Below are positions 44,228 to 46,626 of a stretch of DNA of 46,626 nucleotides, piece by piece. The DNA comes from Candidatus Eiseniibacteriota bacterium (GTDB taxonomy: Bacteria; Arandabacterota; Arandabacteria; Arandabacterales; Arandabacteraceae). Position 1 is the first letter of the stretch; every line of letters begins with the position of its first letter. The notes under the pieces were generated by a model. The model saw nothing but the letters and a program-made list of their open reading frames with translations, was not told the origin of the DNA and did no database searches. The stretch is taken from the NCBI GenBank assembly GCA_043810925.1, contig JBDRNT010000128.1, forward strand, positions 1-46,626, in the 5' to 3' direction. A program made the position numbers and the translations under genes.

Positions 44228-46378
44228 TTACCTCGTTTGCTCCTCGAATTCATCCAGCAGCGCCCTTATCATGGTCTTGATCCTGGCGTGATCGAACCAG
44301 ACCTCGGGAAATCCGATAAAGGCCGCATATCCCCGGCGTTCGTTACCCGGCACGTAGACAGCGATGTAGTTGGGGTTTCCTCCCCGCCGTGAGTCGATCC
44401 ACTCACCGGCGGTGTCCCTGACAGCAGTACTCAACAACGGCCTCACATCCATGTCTTCCCTGAGGGCAGTAATGTAACTCGCGCTTTCGAACACACCATA
44501 GATGTGGCTCGCCTGGGGACCGAGCTCGATCGTATCGCGAAACACCTCATGGCACTCCGGGCATGGCCAGACCGCGGTGAAGGGAACAGTCATCCCGCTT
44601 GAGAGCCGCATGTTCTTGATCCCGAAGACTTCCCACATGAAATTGGTCGTATCCCCGGGGGCCGATCCGGAAGCCGGATCGAAATTCCAGTTGCTTTGCC
44701 AGCCCCTCAAAGCCGGATCGGGGGTGCCGCCCGGCCAGTAACCGCAGGCGTAGACAGGATTTCTGCCCAGGATGATAAGATTGCCGCCCGCTCTGACGTA
44801 GGAGAAAAGGTAGTTCCCCAGCTTCGTACAACACTCGAGGAGTGCAGTTGGGGGTATGGTCGTATCATCCTGATCCACGAGCCAGATCACTGTGGTCGCA
44901 TTGCCGATCGACCATACAGGCACCGTTTCTCGGTAGCCAGGTCCGGTGTCAAACTCTTCCCATGCGTAGCCGTCAAGAATATCAGCCCAGAGTGCGTCCT
45001 GAGTCTCACCAAAGTCCTTCCACCGCTCGTCCGGCCAGTACGCTTCGTTGTCGTCGACCAGCAGGATGCTCTCTTCCAGCAAGGCTTCCGGGCCCGGTAG
45101 AACCTCAACCCTGAACTCGCATTCGGTTTCAATGTTGTTTCGATCCTTGAGCCTCACTACCAGGGTATGCTGGCCGAGGGTTGGAATGAACGTACTCCCA
45201 TCTATGGGGAAACTCACCGACCATTCGGGTGTCTCCGCCGGCTCTCTTATCGGTTCGGTGCTCGTCCAGTAATCCCAGGCGGAAGATGGAAGATTCGGAC
45301 TGTCCCAGAAGTACTTGTACGCGTCGACAACCTCACCCCGCCACTTGTTCTCCTTACCCCAGAACTCGAAGGAAATCTCGGAACCTTCGAAGATGTTTGT
45401 AAACCTGGTCCGATTGTCTCCCGGGTTGTTACTCATGCGGGTGCCCAGATAGTCCCCATCGATGACACAGGTAACCCCGGTGGCCGTTCTCACGACCAGA
45501 AGCCGCAACCAGTTCATGCCGTTGTTGTACGATCCGTAGATCTGCTCAGGCAGGTACGCGTTGGCTTCGTCTTTGACCGTGACATATACCATGATCGGCT
45601 CACCGGTGGCCCTGTAGGCAGTCAGGTCGAGATCCCACACATAGGTGCAGTCAGCCGGTACCCATTCGCTCCAGTACCCGATCGGGGCGGCAGCGTGACT
45701 TCCAGCCGGCTCGTTGGGTTTCACTCTGTCAAGCGGAGGCAACCTTGGATATACCGGACTGAGATCTGCTTCGGGGAGGATCATGTACTTATACCGTAAC
45801 TTGCTCTCATCACCATCCGGGTCCAGCCCCTCCCAGGCGACAAATGGGTGAGGAGGAACGGTCCGGAAGTCGGTAGGGAGCTTGACCGGCGTGACGATTC
45901 TTACACGGGGAATAATGTTGCTGGCCTGAAAGAAGACGGTCGCGGGCTCCTCTGATACTGCCCCCTCGTTGTCCACCGCCCTGACCATGATCCCCCAGGG
46001 CGAGAGCGCCGAGACCGCAGATCCGGAACCCACGCAGCAGGAATCAGCAAGAAGCGTGAAGGTGCTTTCCCTCGCTGTTGTTCTATTCCAGTCTCCAAGT
46101 GAGTCCCAATCCGTCCCACCGGGAAAATCGGCCCGCGCGGCATCCTTGATTGTCTTAAGCAGAAAGTGGTCGACATACCCATCATGGTCGGTGCCGTACC
46201 AGAACAAACTCACCCTGAAATCTGTCGGCGTGCCCTCCGCCGGCCCTGATGTTATGAACGTCTCGGGAGGCATATTGACGCTCCTGGAACCCGACCCCTT
46301 CTCACTGCAAGCAGAAAGGAGGATGATGCACAGCAACGGGATGATCCCTGCTGTCATATGCCGTCTATGGGGCGTCAT
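44228..46378 (-). CDS. Hypothetical lipoprotein with Ig-like repeats and C-terminal alpha/beta domain
   Basis: GGAGGT RBS; lipobox LLSAC; PPETFI, WYGTDHDG, VRAVDNEG, WEGLDPDG; C-terminal ILLVDD...YVRAGGNLIILG. Confidence 0.82.
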   Translation of the reverse strand: MTPHRRHMTAGIIPLLCIILLSACSEKGSGSRSVNMPPETFITSGPAEGTPTDFRVSLFWYGTDHDGYVDHFLLKTIKDAARADFPGGTDWDSLGDWNRTTARESTFTLLADSCCVGSGSAVSALSPWGIMVRAVDNEGAVSEEPATVFFQASNIIPRVRIVTPVKLPTDFRTVPPHPFVAWEGLDPDGDESKLRYKYMILPEADLSPVYPRLPPLDRVKPNEPAGSHAAAPIGYWSEWVPADCTYVWDLDLTAYRATGEPIMVYVTVKDEANAYLPEQIYGSYNNGMNWLRLLVVRTATGVTCVIDGDYLGTRMSNNPGDNRTRFTNIFEGSEISFEFWGKENKWRGEVVDAYKYFWDSPNLPSSAWDYWTSTEPIREPAETPEWSVSFPIDGSTFIPTLGQHTLVVRLKDRNNIETECEFRVEVLPGPEALLEESILLVDDNEAYWPDERWKDFGETQDALWADILDGYAWEEFDTGPGYRETVPVWSIGNATTVIWLVDQDDTTIPPTALLECCTKLGNYLFSYVRAGGNLIILGRNPVYACGYWPGGTPDPALRGWQSNWNFDPASGSAPGDTTNFMWEVFGIKNMRLSSGMTVPFTAVWPCPECHEVFRDTIELGPQASHIYGVFESASYITALREDMDVRPLLSTAVRDTAGEWIDSRRGGNPNYIAVYVPGNERRGYAAFIGFPEVWFDHARIKTMIRALLDEFEEQTR

Positions 46379-46494
46379 AGCCGGTACCTCCACCATTGAT
46401 TCTTATCAATGACATGAGGAGGGTCAACCCCTTTTAGCACAACCCGGTCTGCGCACTTTCAGAGTTCCGGCCCTCGCAGGCCCACCCTGTTGCG

Positions 46495-46589
46495 TCAAAA
46501 TAAAAAGTATCTGAAATGGCATTCGTTGCCTCAGAAATAAATGTATCTGAAACGGGTGGTGGGGATTTGGGGTTGTCAGGAGTATCTGA
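46495..46589. repeat. Three GTATCTGA-containing repeats (operator-like)
   Basis: GTATCTGA at 46507, 46543 and 46582; the first two lie in 25 nt direct repeats (20/25 identical) 36 nt apart. Confidence 0.6.
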
Positions 46590-46626
46590 CGAGTGTGGAG
46601 ACTTCTTTTAGAAGGTAGCGGCATAG

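Overview
A 46.6 kb, moderately GC-rich, gene-dense bacterial chromosome segment with about 33 CDSs. No rRNA, intact tRNA, CRISPR array or transposase was seen. The gene content suggests an anaerobic diderm of the FCB-associated candidate phyla (e.g. Eisenbacteria/Krumholzibacteriota-like; inference only). Evidence for this: non-Cys Thi4, an iron-sulfur flavoprotein, a polyferredoxin, many secreted proteins with FlgD-Ig/T9SS-like C-termini, two proteins ending WGxIKAL[FY]R, and a kinase-TPR receptor. Main points of interest: (1) a translationally coupled 7-gene operon, xanthine-dehydrogenase-family molybdoenzyme (3 subunits) + DUF2877/FdrA/DUF1116 in E. coli yahEFG order + cyclase-family amidohydrolase, with a divergent GNAT, which is a candidate uncharacterised N-heterocycle catabolic pathway; (2) REP/REPIN-like long perfect inverted repeats, three of which start exactly after a stop codon, with one arm sequence recurring as in-frame tandem copies inside a secreted hydrolase gene; (3) a shared 15-residue C-terminal motif that looks like a sorting signal; (4) an MNT-HEPN toxin-antitoxin pair with a clear promoter/operator, beside a possible tRNA 3' fragment. 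All family assignments come from motif recognition by eye, not database searches.
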